Assembly (NCBI GenBank): GCA_013239625.1
Contig: MU053810.1
Coordinates: forward strand, 4,434,071-4,498,070
DNA: 64,000 nucleotides
Direction of reading: 5' to 3'
Origin: Lama guanicoe
Lineage: Eukaryota
Positions 25,766-39,126 of the stretch are shown here, in pieces; positions within the stretch are counted from its first letter, which is position 1; every line of letters starts with the position of its first letter. The notes beneath the pieces are model-generated. The model was not told where the DNA came from, did not search any database, and saw only the letters and a program-made list of their open reading frames with translations. The position numbers and the translations under genes are program-made.

Positions 25766-26109
25766 ATCCATTAAATGTTAATTAAATTATGCTTGTTTAA
25801 TTGGTGAGGTGATAGAGCAAATAGAAAGCCAAACACAAATCTAAAATTACTGCATTAAGAAATTGCAACTGGTTTGATACAGGAGGGGAGGGGAGGGAGC
25901 TGAGGCTGCCCGGGTTTCTGCCTCAGGCAGTGGGTGGATGACGGTTCTGCTCACCCAGGCAGGGCATCAGACAAGGTGGATGATCATCAGTATTTTTCCA
26001 GACCCATTGAGGTTCAGGTGTGTCTGTGGGGCATCTAGAGGAGATGTTTAATTAGAGGCTGGACCTCAGGAAAGAAACCTAAGAGCAATTACGTTATAGT
26101 TGCTAGGTG

Positions 26110-26500
26110 TTTAGTCTTTGCATTTGCCCCCCTCCTGTCTGGAACACTCTTTCTCTGGGAATCTGCACAGTTCACTCCCTGTCTCCTTCAGATTTTTGCT
26201 CAGTGTGTCATCCGAGCAGTAAGACCCTCTTGGGCACCCAATTTTAACTGGCAAGAAGTGTTTTCTACCAAAGCCCTCCCTGTCCTCCTTCTCTGCATCA
26301 TATTTCCCCCCACAACATGTAGCGCTAGCTGAACGACAATATATTTTACTTACTTTTACTTATTAATTTTGCTTGCGATGCTCTACTATTCGAATGTAAG
26401 CTCCATGGGGGCAGGAATTTTGTCCGTTTTTCTTACTTCTACGGCAGCCAGAATGGGACCTGGTAGATGTAAGGTCTCAATAAATCATTGTTGAGTGGCA
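26110..26500 (+). mobile_element. L2 LINE 3' end
   Basis: gaatgtaagctccatgggggcaggaattttgtc...ctcaataaatcattgttgagtg; flanked by opposite-strand L2-like pieces (~25860-26060, ~26590-26890). Confidence 0.75.
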
Positions 26501-28712
26501 GAACGGGCCTTTACTATGTGCCCAACACTGAACACTTTACTATTTCCATCCAGGTGAGAGAAATAAATTCAGGAGCTAGGGCTTTCTAGTTAGTAATGAG
26601 CACCATGGACATGAATGAGATGTGCCAGGAGGGTGCGGAAGGGAAAAGACAAGAGGACCTAGAACAAAGAAATAAAGGGCCTCCTCCTTTCAGAGGCAGG
26701 CAAACGTGGAAATGGACCACTTACAGGAACCCAAGAAAGAAAAGTCACTCAGAGAGCAGGAGGGAAGCCAAGCTGCTGTCTCATGATGTCAGGCCAACTG
26801 AGGGGGTGTTTCAAGAGAGAGGAAGTACCGGCAGGTGTCAGATGCTACGGAGAGGTCAGCTTAGGTAAGGAACAAAAGGTGACTAAGAGGGATGGACCTG
26901 TAGACTCTCTCCAGCTCGTCTGCAGCACCTGAGTCAGACTCCTGCTGACAAACATCTGACCAACAGGGATAGAGTGGATTTTATTACTATCTTCTCAGAC
27001 AAAGCATATTACAAGGATATAAATGGCAGAATGGATGTGATGTATAATTCCGTGGTTCCTAGATTGTGGGATATCACAAACCAGTAACATTTGATGGGAA
27101 AAAAGAAAATGGGTCATGGAAATGTTAGACTCATTTGCCTATCGTCTCATTATTCTGCTCAATGCATATGAGGAGGTCTGGCCACAGGGAATGAATATAT
27201 TTGGAATCATTTAGGAGACACAAAACCCAGACAAAAAAGATCGTTTCTGTTAGCTTGGGTTCTGGTCCTCAGTGCAGGACAGAAATCCTTTCGGAGAAAG
27301 GGTCCTTTGCCACCAACAAGTCGCCCTCTTGTGGGAACTCTTATTTCCCCTGCTGCTTTGCTTGCCGTGGCTCACATCTGTGAAATTCTGGGTCGAACCA
27401 GGCAGTAGCCTGCAAAGTCTAGAGCACCTTTGACCGATCATCTTCAGCAGCCTCCCCATCCCACAACACAAGCAAATACACAGCCATATCATCTCAATTT
27501 AAAAATGTGTTTGTTATGTCACTTTAAGGGAAGTCCCCTGGTCACCTTTTCTGCCCCCCCAACACACACACACACCTGCCACTGGGCAGGTGAGATTCTA
27601 TGTGATGTGATGTCTTGTGCTGACTATTAATAGAATAAGGATTTAAAAGGAGAAGATACTAAAACAGGGCAGAAGTAACTCTATAAACAAGATCCTTGAC
27701 AAAGGAGGCTTTTTCCAGAGCTAGCTCTGCCTCCGGGGGGTGAGCAAATTAGGCATTCCTTTTGCTTCTGACAATTTTTCAAACTCATTTTCAGAGAGTG
27801 CAGATACTCATTCATTATCAGATTGACATTAGCCAGGATATTTTAATGTCAACAAAGACATGTGAATGATTGCTCGCCTAATTATTTCCTATATCCCCTT
27901 TGGAAGTCCACGTGTACAAGATTTTAAATAAGGAGTATGTCCAAGTTTATTTATTTTTGTTCTTGTAAGAATTCTGAATTTTAGCAAGGATGCAGCCTAA
28001 GTGAACTTAGAATAATGCTTCAGTTTCATATTTTCTGGCTAATGTTCCATAAATGTCATAACTTTGCTGTTTAATGGGGAGTGTGTTTTTTTTTAATGTA
28101 ATAGATATGCCAAACATTAATGAAGGAAGGAAGAGAGGGAATGACTGAGAAATGCCATCTCAAGCTCAAAAACATCAAAATTAGCAGTAAAAATTGAAGT
28201 TTCTTATCACCAGGAATGGGAGGGAGACAGTCACAGATATTGAAACAGACACAGCCTGCGTGGCCCTTGCTCCCAATTTCCCATGACGGGCTCGGGGTGA
28301 CCTTGATGCAGCAGTTCAACTGCCTCATGCCTGTGTTTCCTTCATTTGTTCATCAGGGGCTGTAACACACTTGTGCCTAAATGACACTGAGGTTTCCAGC
28401 TGGTGCAGGGGTATTGTAATGGTGCTTCCAGGACATGGCCCTCGGTCATCCTGGTCACCCCACTGTCCTCCAAGGCTCTGGGTAGGGGCCTCCATCTAAT
28501 TTGGAGATTCGTGCTTGATATCTGTGGTATCCAAACTCAACAAATCTATTCATCCTTCAATTAAAGCTACTTTGCAGGACAAAGTCTAATACCAACCATG
28601 ACTAAGGGTGGCAGAAAAAAATGTTGGTCTGATTTAGCTGGAAGTAGGAATCATAGAAAAATTGTAAGAAACGTAGTTTTATTACTTTGACAGATTTATA
28701 GAAATTAGGATC

Positions 28713-28865
28713 GGGGGGAGAGTATAGCTCAGTGGTAGTGTGCCCGCCTAGCATGGACAAGGCCCTAGATTCTGTCCCCAGGACCTCTATTAAAAATAAA
28801 CAAATAAACTTAATTACCTCCCCCACCCTCACCCCCCAAAAACCAAAAAACAAAAACAAAAAAAT
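28713..28865 (+). mobile_element. Camelid tRNA-derived SINE (vic-1 type)
   Basis: ggggggagagtatagctcagtggtag...(A box, B box)...aaataaacttaattacctcccc plus A-rich tail; TSD tttatagaaattaggatc (28695-28712) / tttatagtaactaggatc (28866-28883). Confidence 0.88.
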
Positions 28866-29364
28866 TTTATAGTAACTAGGATCGATCCTGGCCTAATGTA
28901 AATTCTTTAAGAAACACTGAGACATCTTTAAGAGTGGTCTGTTTTTTAATGTGTTTTCCTTGTGTGCATCTAAAGAGAAGGTTCTTGAAAACTACTGTCC
29001 TAGATCATTCTTCTAAGGCTGCAGTGATGCTCCTCATTGGCTTATTAAGTATTTCTTTCAATGTTAAATTTTACCTACTTTTCAAATGAACCTCAAATTC
29101 CTAACTAAAGGGGTCCAAATCTATGAAGTTTTATTATTGTGATAGTCTTCTTTTATCCCAGGTTTTCTCTGCTCACACAGTGCTTGACAAACATAAATGT
29201 TTGAATAAATGAATTTGTGAATGAATGAATGAATCTATGGCAAAAGGCCATAGATTCAACCCTCAAACCCTTTAGTTGGCTTCACTTTATTCCATTCTGC
29301 AGAGACAGAATCCCAAATCCTGACCATCTGTTTATGCCATCTGCAAAGGCCACGTGTACAATCT

Positions 29365-29730
29365 AGGCTTAGTCAGTTCAGGCCACTATGAAAACATATT
29401 ATATACTGGGTGGCTGATAAACAAAAATAAATACAATTTGTTTCTCACAGTTCTGGAGGGTGGAAGTTGGAGATGAGATCAGAGTTGGATTCTGGTGAGA
29501 GCCCGCATCCTGCTTCACAGGTGGCCATCTTCTCCCTCTGTTCTCACAAGGCGGGAGGGGGCAGGGAGCCTTCTGGAGTCTCTCCTATGAGGGCACTAAT
29601 CCCATTCATGAGCGCTCCACCCTCATGACCTAATCACCTCTGAAAGGCCCCGCCTCCTACTGTCATCTCATTGGGGATTAGGATTTCAACCTATGAAGTT
29701 TGTGGGGACCCAAGCATTCAGTCCAGAGCT
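29365..29730 (-). mobile_element. MaLR solo LTR (MLT1A/MST-like)
   Basis: cttagtcagttcaggc...tttctcacagttctggaggg...cactaatcccattcatgag...ctcatgacctaatcacctc...gggattaggatttcaacctatgaa. Confidence 0.85.
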
Positions 29731-31759
29731 GCCACAAAGGAGAACATATTACTGCCGTGTGACATCACCACAGAGTCTTCTTGCTCATGGTGACAGATCT
29801 CCAAATGCTTTGCACTTACTCATCTAGGAGTAGGAGGAATTAGGAGGTGCATTTGCTTCCTGGCTGCTCAGGAGTTAGAAAGAGCACGTTGCAAGGCAGC
29901 CTCTCTTTACAGACCAGAGCTGCATCAGGCTCCCAGGGCTTCCTGTGATGGGATGTGGAAGAGCAGGGCATCTGCTGGTTTCCTAAGACACGTAAGAAGA
30001 CCATCCACTATTGACCAGGTACCCAAAGTCCTTCCTCTGGGCTCCGTGGTCTGTCACCATTCCACATCTCTCAGTGGCTACAACTATGTTGCGTAGGATA
30101 AACACCAAGGATAGGTCGAGAATGATTTTTCCCTGGAGAAGAGGCTTCTGGCTTTGGGACGCATGGCTCTGCTCCAGCCAGGCTCGAGGAGTGCTTTCTA
30201 AACTCGTGTTCTCCAAGTCTCTGTGTTCTTGTGCATCTTGGCCACTCTGCCTTGCTCTCCTCTGCCTTCTCCACTGGGAAGATCCTGCTTATGAGATTCT
30301 GCCTCTGTAGACACTTTCTTAAATGTGTCTTCTCTAGACTTTCCAAACAGAGCTAAGCTTCACTTTGCTGTGCTCCCAATGACACAAATCACACAGGATT
30401 CTAGTCTCTGCTTTCCAAGGGCATCTGTGACAGGGAAGGGACTGTAAGGGCTCTTGGGTGGGGGGTCTGTCTCTAATCCACACCGGATCCCCAGCCCCCA
30501 GCTCAGTGGAAATCTGTGAGTGATTCTAAGTCAAGCCACGGCTTTATAATCACAGAGCTACTTCCTAACGTTCTTGGCCCTGCTTTACTAGTGCTAAGTA
30601 TTCTGGAAGAAATTTCCCCAATGTAGAAGCAAATGTATTTATAGTATGGCAGGCTTGCAAAATATAATAACGTGGCTGAGAAAATCAAAACAATAACCCA
30701 AAATCATTAAAACACCAATCTCCTGTATAGATTATTTCTGGATTCACAGCCTGAGTTGCCATCTGCAGAATTCTTCCCTGATTATATTAGACTTATGACT
30801 TCTCCAGGACTTTTCCAAAAATCAGAAATTATGTTTCCTGAGGTTAAACCCCTCGCTTTTTTTCAGGTACATTAAAATGAGATTACCATAGCATGTTCTT
30901 TTGTATAGAACTATTCCACGAAACACTTATTGGCTCCTGGGAGTTTTGAAGGTATTAAATCTGATATCCAACAACTAACTGTGTTATTATCAGTCCTGGC
31001 TTACAAATTTCTCTGCTCCATATCACGGTGAGGCTTCATGGAACCTGGATGAGTGGCTGGAATCATTTCAAATATCCCCTGAAGGTCTTAAATCCATCAC
31101 TTCCTCCCCAACATGCCCAGCAACTTGCATCATCATCACTCTGGTTGATAGAATGCTGTTTTTCTTAATGGGTCATTGTTGTGACACTATTTTTTTCTTA
31201 AGGGTAGAAATAGATGAGGAAAAAATATAGCCTGTCTTATTCATTAATGAGTCAGAGGAAAAGGCACCACTGCTTTGAATTATCAAGGGTCAATGTCAGG
31301 GCCTCTAACAAGGAAACATGTTTATGTTATCAAGAAAGCTTGCTAAGAGGCCAAACTGTACAAAGTTAGGGACATTTTCATGACCAAGTCAGCTGCCCCC
31401 AGGTCCTGTACATACCCGGGTCCTGTGACCAGGAGGGGACTGTTTGGTGATCTGGTGGTTCTTTGTGACTTGAGATCAAACTTTGAATATCATAGGAGTG
31501 TTTCTGTAGAAAATGAGGCAGCATACCTCTGGGGATAAATATCAACAATCTGCTAAACTTTTTGCTTTTCATTAGCACCTGCTCCATCACCGCTGGACAA
31601 GCAAAGGTGATTGACTGTCTCCTCCAAAAATGCTGATTGGCTCTTAGAGAACATGAGACAGTCTGGGTGGAGTCGGAGGTTTTGCGGTTGGGTGGTTTGA
31701 GAGATCTGAACTTGTCTTCTCCCAGCCCCTAGGCGGTCACATTAAGGTCAGACTAGGGC

Positions 31760-34015
31760 TGTGAAAGGCTCCGTGCTTTCTTGCTGTCTCAGTAAAATGG
31801 AGTGAGTTCCTCTTTCTAATCAAAAGCCAGTCTCTCCCACCCTCTCAGAAATCTTACCACCCCCTCTTCCCCCCCATACCCTGTCTTTCCCTTATCTTCA
31901 GCCTCTCCCTGTCTGATTCCTCCTTCTCACCGTCATTAAACACACTCAAATATTTTTGATTTTTGCCAAACCCTCCCTCCCTTAACTTTGTGGCCACTTC
32001 CAGCCACAGCCCTGTTTATCATCTCCAAGTCCACCAGAACTCTCCAAAGCATTGCTTTCACTGACTGTATCTACCTCCTCCCTTCTCTCTTACTTCTTTG
32101 CTCTCTCCAATCCTGTTTTGACCTTACCACCTGAACAAAACCACAAAGTCTTGAAGAGACTAATGATTATAAGGTTAAACATAGCTTTACTGTAGAACTC
32201 AACAGTCACACTCCCAAGAGAAATCAAAACTTATGTTCAGGCTAAACCTGCCTGCAAATGTTTACAACAGCTCTATTCATAGTCAACAGAAACTGAAAAT
32301 TGCCAACATATCCTTCAACCTGTGAATGGATAAACAATTTGTGACACACACATATACATACACATATCTACATGATGGAATACTACTCAGCACTGAAAAG
32401 GGAATGAACTATTGATTCATGTAATAACATGAATGATTCTTAAATATATTTTGCTAAGTGAAGGAGGCCAGGCCCAAAAGGCAACATAACGTACGATTTC
32501 ATGTGACATGTTGGAAAAGACAAAACTCTAGAAACAGGAAACCAATCAGGAGTTGGGGAGAAAGGTTGGACTACAAAGGGCAGCATGAGGAAATTTGAGG
32601 GTAAGGGAAAAATTCTGTATCATGACTGCGGTGGTAGATAGATGAATTTATGCATTTGTCAAAACCCAGAGAACTCTACAGCACAGAGTAAATTGTACTA
32701 TATATTAACTTTCACAAACTATCAACTGGGCTATGGGGGACCGTGCCAAATGGAATTCAGACTAACAAATGAAAAACCAAAATAATATGAATAACCTCCA
32801 TGGCTCCAGGGGGACTTACTGGTCCTTAGCACGCTGCCTCCAACACCCCTATCCCTCACCAAACTTCCTTCTCTCTGCTTTCTTGGCAGCGTACCCTCGT
32901 ACTTTCCCCTGCTTGATTGGCTTCTCTTTCTAGAGTCTCCTTTACAAGCTCTTTCTTCTCTACTCAAACTTTCCTTGTTATTGTTTCTTGAGCCTCAGGA
33001 TCAGGCCACTCTCATCTCATGGAACAACTTCACCCACCCCCAGGGTCTTGGTCACCGAATATGCTAATAAATTTCCAATTTATCTCTCACACCGGGACCT
33101 CTCTTCTGAGCTTCTGAGTGACGTGTGCTGCTACCTACTAGACGTACCCACTTTGGACTAAACTAGCCCAAGCTCAACTTGGCATCTACACCTTCCCCAC
33201 ACTCACACCTGATTCTTCTTCTCCTGGATCCCCAACTCGTTAAAGACTAAGAACTTGGACTTCACCCATAACTTCCTTCTCTGCTTCTTCCATCTCCCTC
33301 ACTGCAGATGCCTCTTTATCTCATTCTCTCTTGAATGCATGTGTTTTCTCCATTTCCACTAATGGCCATGGTGCCACACTGGTCCGACCCACCCCATCTC
33401 TTGTCTACGCTACTGCCCTTCCAATTTGGTCATCCAGCAATATCTTCCTCCAACCTTCTCCATTTTGTAGCTGGCGTGATCTTTCAAAAACACAAGAAAT
33501 GACTGCGTTCCTCTGCTTCAAACCTGCCTGTGGTTTCCCGTGGCTTTTATAATGAAGCCCAGATTCCTCAGCACATCCTCCCAGGCTCTGCATGGTCTAG
33601 CCCCTGGTGGCCTTTGGCCTTTCTCCCCCACTGTGCTTGCCCACATGTCTCTGCATCCAGCCACACCAGCCTTCCCTCTCCCCACAGATGCATCAGACTT
33701 TCTCCCCCATCAGGCCTTCTTCATCTCCTGTCCCCTTCACTTGTACCTCACTAATTAATCATTGTTCCTCCTTCAAGAATCAGCTTAAATGTCACTTCTG
33801 GAGAGGCCTCGCGAGACCCAGAGACTTGCTTTGCTTCCCTCATTGAGTGCTTGCACAGTTTCTCTTTCTGAGCATTTATCTTAAATATCAACCTCCCCCT
33901 TTCTAAAAGGCAAGAAAGAAATGGGTCTGGCTTGTTTATTTCCCTAGAGCTAAGGATGATGTGGGACACACTGCAGGTACTCAATAAATATCTGTTGGAA
34001 GGAAATAAAAATTAA
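31760..34015 (+). mobile_element. L2 LINE fragments, interrupted by an L1
   Basis: Pyrimidine-rich L2-like sequence ending caggtactcaataaatatctgttggaaggaaa. Confidence 0.65.
32175..32790 (+). mobile_element. L1MB/L1MC-type 3' end nested in L2
   Basis: gtgaatggataaacaa...atggaatactactcagca...tgcatttgtcaaaaccca. Confidence 0.8.
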
Positions 34016-37000
34016 GTTAATGAATTTGGTAATACACAGCACAGTGCATTGTGTAGGTAATAGTGAGCTCCTGAAGGCATCAGTGCATGCAAAGACAAAT
34101 GTGTCGAAGAGTGTTAGTTTGGGAGTCGTGTGCAGGGGAGATTGGGGAAACCTAAAACACGGAGCTTATAATGTCATAGGCAGAGTGTGGGGTAATAAAG
34201 GTCTGGAGTAGAATGGTGACAATATGAATGGAGAGAAAAAAATCTTATAGGATTTGATGACATTGTATTTGGAAGCACAAAGGGGAAACGTAGATTCAGA
34301 AATTAGAATCTGGTGAGTTTTAAAATAATAAGCCATTAAGACGAGAGAACTAGGTTTCCGAGGAAGCTAACGATGTCACGTCAAGAAATTGTCCTGGGGA
34401 CGGTGAGGCTTACAAAGAATTCCAAGTGGCCAAAAAAACAGAAGTTGTATTTCAAAGACTGTCTGCATGCCTTTTCCAAATCAGGACCATCTGCAGGGAA
34501 AGCTGGAGTGAAATTGCTGTTTACGCAGATAATTTTCTCCACAGGTGGTCCCCTTTTCCGGTGGGGGGCGCAGAATTGTGCGAGGCCAGACCACATCCTC
34601 TACACAGTGGTGGAGGCCACAGCGCTGTCAGGAGGTACCTGTCTCTCCACAGTCAGGGCATCCTACCCTCCCTTCCTCATGCCTTCCCTCGAGCTGCCAC
34701 CGGCCTCTGGCAGAGGTGACCTAGAAGAAAAGCCAGTTAGCTCCAGTGGTGTGTGGGTGTGTGGGTTATGGACCTGGTAAACTGGTTTTTGGAGGCAAAG
34801 GGAGAGGAGTGGGCATTACTGAGGTGCAATTCCGTGGAAACAGAAACTGAGGGGGCCCTGGAAGGGGTGGGGCTGGAGGAGAGATGCCAGAGACCTGGCT
34901 CAGTTCAGAGGCTGAGATCCCGCCCAGGGTTGGAGGGGATGGAACTGTTGTGCCCCACTAAAAGCGAGATGGAGAAGAAAATGCTTTTTGGCTACACAGT
35001 GCAAGGAGAGGAGGTGTCTGAAATATGGAACTGCAAAAACCAGATAGGGAGGAAGCCAAGACCATTCAGCTGAGGCTCTGGAGGGGTTCCTCCTGGTCTG
35101 GGAGGGGAGAAGTTTCTGCCCAGCTGTGTCTACAGAGACCAGAGCCCCAAGTTAAGGGCTCAGGCAGTTGAGTGGAGCAAGGTCCGTGCCAGCCTCTTGC
35201 TGGCAGCTCTGGAACCTGGGAAAATTCTCTGAGCTCCATGGGGAGATGGGAAGTGGGTTTCTATTGGGCTCCATAGAGTTAGTCTTTGTTCAGACTTGAC
35301 TGTTTGTCTGATGAGAGCAGTTTGTGGTTCACAGTGTGTGTGAGAGAGACAGAGACAGAGACAGAGACACACACACAGAGAACACCTTCCGTTTGAATTG
35401 GCCACTGTCCATCTTGGCAGGGGTTCAAGATCAGACTGCATCCACTTTAGTCCAATCATGGTTGGAAAAAACAACAGCAAGAAAGGCTTTAAGGCTCCCT
35501 CTCCCATCCCACCTGTGACTCCTACTCTGATGTAGGCACATTATTTCCGGGGCTGCAGGAGGAAGAAGGGCACGCCCTTTTAACACTCCCTGTAGAGGTC
35601 ACGGTCCCTGGTTCTGCCACTGGGGAGATTACTCCCACCTGCAACACTGCCAAGCTTCGCCTGCCTTAAAAGGAAGACTTGATCTGATTTATTTGTGTTT
35701 AGTTTGCCTGCGAGTAATATCCTGCCGGATGGGAGGGTGACTGTAGCTATTAAGAGTCCTGTAGACGTGCATCATCGGGACAGCCCTTTTCTTTACTTGG
35801 CCCCCTCTTCTCTCCGGCCCGCCCTCCAGCACTCCCCCTGCAAGATCTGTGTGTCTTATTTCAGTGCTCTTCAGATCTTTGAGGACTTTCTTTCTCCCTC
35901 CACCAGGAAACCGGGGTATGAGGCTGCTGTTACGGGAGTCTGGTGGGTACCAACCCCAAGTTGTTACTCTACTTGGCCAACAACTTCTGAGGACACCAGC
36001 GTGCACGTCTGTTTCATGGACTAAGAATAAAAGTTGTCTCTGCAGATGGCAGCCTTCCGGGTGTAGGTTCTAAAGGTCCCCGGAGAGAACTCTTTGTGAC
36101 TCCTAGCGCTAAGTCAGGGAAGCAGCAGTGGGACGTTCGTAATTTGGAGATGATGACCCTCCCCGAAATACTGTCTGTTCCATGCTTTGGGGCACCCAAA
36201 TGATCAAGATAGAATGACAGCAAAATAAACGTTAACTAAAAGTTGCCAAAGTATAATACACTTTTTCTCAAGTCTATCTACTGATCCTCAGCTTTTCCTG
36301 TAAATAGGATGCATTTTCACTCTTATGTAAGACTAGCACTTAATACATAAAGTGAATATTGCTTTTAGCAAGACTGTCATTTGGCTTGTGTCCTGGCCCA
36401 GTTTAGAGAGTTGCCTTAAAGGCAAGAAATATCATCAACTCTTCTCTTTCCAAACGCTTCTAAAAGGATAACAATTTTTACCATCAAGGATATATTTCTA
36501 GTGGAGTGCAATTTGTATTATAAATAATTTAAATTAGCCCAGATACTTTGTGCCTTCATTTTCTTCCTTTTATTATCAATTTTAGGGTGATCATTTTGCT
36601 AACATTTTTCTCATAAAATGGGGTAGGGGGGAAAAAATACAGCTGTCTAAGCCTGTTGTTAACTGCTGTAGGAAAACACATGCAAAGAATATATCCAAGA
36701 GAGGATGTTTAGTATCAGGAAATTTCTGGCCATTTTGCTGGAAATTTTAGCCCTGCTAACCAACATTTTTAAGGTTTTATGATTTTTCTTTTTCTCAAAA
36801 ACAAAAAAATCCACATTATTGTTGCTAAAAATAACTAAAACAACAAACTGGTTTGCTCAATCAAATCACCCTAACAGTCAAGGCCGGAATATAGTCACAC
36901 CTGGGAGAAGGCGGCATCCTTGTGTTAAGAGCAGATACTCCTGCAGAAGCTGGGCTGATGAGGATCTAAGGAGGAGAACGTGCAGTAGGCACAGTCTTGG

Positions 37001-37489
37001 TATGAGTTCTGTGTTTTTTTCTCAAATGGTTGCCAGTGGGGCTTTGTACTATGCTTATAAATTATTCATGAAATCCCCTAACAAGTTTAAATACTGTAAA
37101 AATAAGTTTTGTTAAAACTGGTTTTAAGCATATAAATAGTAGTTAATGGAAACTGGCCAGGGCATCCATTCTTACGGTGATAATGACAACACTGTAGGAT
37201 TTGAGGATTAGAATGGGATTTGAAAACATTTGCAATTTTCATTTATTTAGGTTTTGGTTACATATTATTGTTACTATGCCTGGGAGCTGATTTAAAGTTA
37301 AATTAAAGGCTAGATTCATCAAGGTATTCTGAAAAAATTCAGTGACTCAAACATCCTGACCTAAATACTAGTTTGAACCATGTGCAATTAGATTGCCACA
37401 TTAGATCATTTTGCCTTTAAAAATGACAATTGCATGATGTTTTGCCTAGTATTTTTTACTTGGAAATCAGTCATATTGTGCTTTTATTC

Positions 37490-39126
37490 CTTCCAGTTTT
37501 ATTGAGATATAACTTACACATGGCATGATGTAAGTTTAAGGTGTACAACATCACGGTTTGACTTAACAGACATCATAAGATGCTGACCAGTATGTTTAGT
37601 GAACATTCCCCATCTCATATAGTTAAAAAATAAAAGAAAAAGAAAAAAAATGTTTCCTTGTGATAAGACTACTTAGGATTTACTCTCTTAATAACTTCCC
37701 TATATACTATACAGCGTGTTAATTATATTAATCATGTTGTACATTGCATCCCTAGTACTTACTTATCTTATAACTGGAAGTTTGTACCCTTAGACCACTT
37801 TCATCGAATTCCCCCTGCTCCCACCTCCTCACCCCTGGTAAACACAAATGTGATCTCTTTCTCTGTGACTTTGTTTCTTTGTTGAAGCATAATTGCTGAC
37901 AACACTGTGTTAGTTTCTGGTGCACAACATAGTGATTTGCTATTTCTATACATTTCAAAATGATCCCTACGATAAATCTAGTAACCACATGTCACCATGC
38001 AAAGATATATTATTGTTGACTGTACTTCCCACACTGTACATTTTATTACCATTACTTATTTATTTTGTGAGTGGAAGATTTGTATCTCTTATTTTCCCTC
38101 ACTGATTTCACTCATCCCCGGACACATCTCCCTTCTGGCAACCAACCACCTGTCTGTTCTCTGTATCTGTGACTTTGTTTCTATTTTGTTCATTCATTTT
38201 TTAGATAACACATATAAGTGAAATCTACAATGTTTAGCTTTTTCTGTCTGACTTGTTTTACTGAGCATAATACCCTCTAGGTCCATCCATGTTGCTACAA
38301 TGGGAAAATGCCACTTTTTTTTATGGCTGAGAAATATTCCATTTTTATATATAAATAACTGTGTGTATATATATGTGTATATCACATCTGCTTTATCCAT
38401 TCACCTATCCACAAGCACTTAGGTCTAGTACCTTGGTTACTATGAATAATGCTGCAGCAAAAATAGGAGTGCATTTATCTTTTCAAATTAGTGTTTTTGT
38501 TTTCTTTGGGAAAATACCTAGAAGTGGTATTGCTGGAGCACATGATAGCTCTGTTTTAATTTTTTGAGGGGACTCCATACTGTTTTCCATAGTGGCTGCA
38601 CCAAATTTACATTCCCACCAGCAATGCATGAGGGTTCCCTTTTTCGCCACATCCTCTCCAACACCTGTGGTTCGTTTTCTTTTTGATGATAGACATTCTG
38701 GCAGGTGGGAGGTGATTATCTCACTGCTTAGCTCTGGTTTACATTTCCCTGATGATCAGTGACGTTGAGCATCCTCTCATGTGTCTGTTGTCCACCTGTG
38801 TGTCTTCTTTGGGAAACCATCTATTCAGGCCCTCTGCCCATTTTGTTCTTTATTTATTTGATGTTGAGTTGTAGGAGCTCTTTGCATATTTCAGATACTA
38901 ATCTCTGTTTGGACATGTTGTTTGAAAGTATCTTATCCCATTCAGTAGGTGACCTTTTTGTTTTGTTGATAGTTTTCTTTGCTGTACAAAAGATTTTCAG
39001 TTTGATGTAGTCCCTTTTGTTTGTTTTGGCTTTTGTTTACATTGCCTAAGGAGACATAAGCAAAAAAAAAAAATATATATATTGCTAGAATCGATGTCAA
39101 AGAGCATACTGCCTGTTTTCTTCGAG
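37490..39126 (-). mobile_element. LINE-1 3' part (3'UTR, apparently two tandem 3' ends, plus ORF2 C-terminal region), left of the TMEM250 insertion
   Basis: Typical antisense L1 3' sequence (ttttattgagatataa..., tgtacaaca, ccatccatgttgc, ccatactgttttccatagtggctgcacc); minus ORF 38194-38400 has WMDLEGIMLSK.SQTEK. Confidence 0.88.

Noticed and set aside
28713..28790. tRNA genes at the SINE heads (also ~48080-48150 and ~51985-52057)
   Set aside because: A and B boxes are followed by a SINE body, A-tail and TSD; these are tRNA-derived SINEs, not tRNA genes
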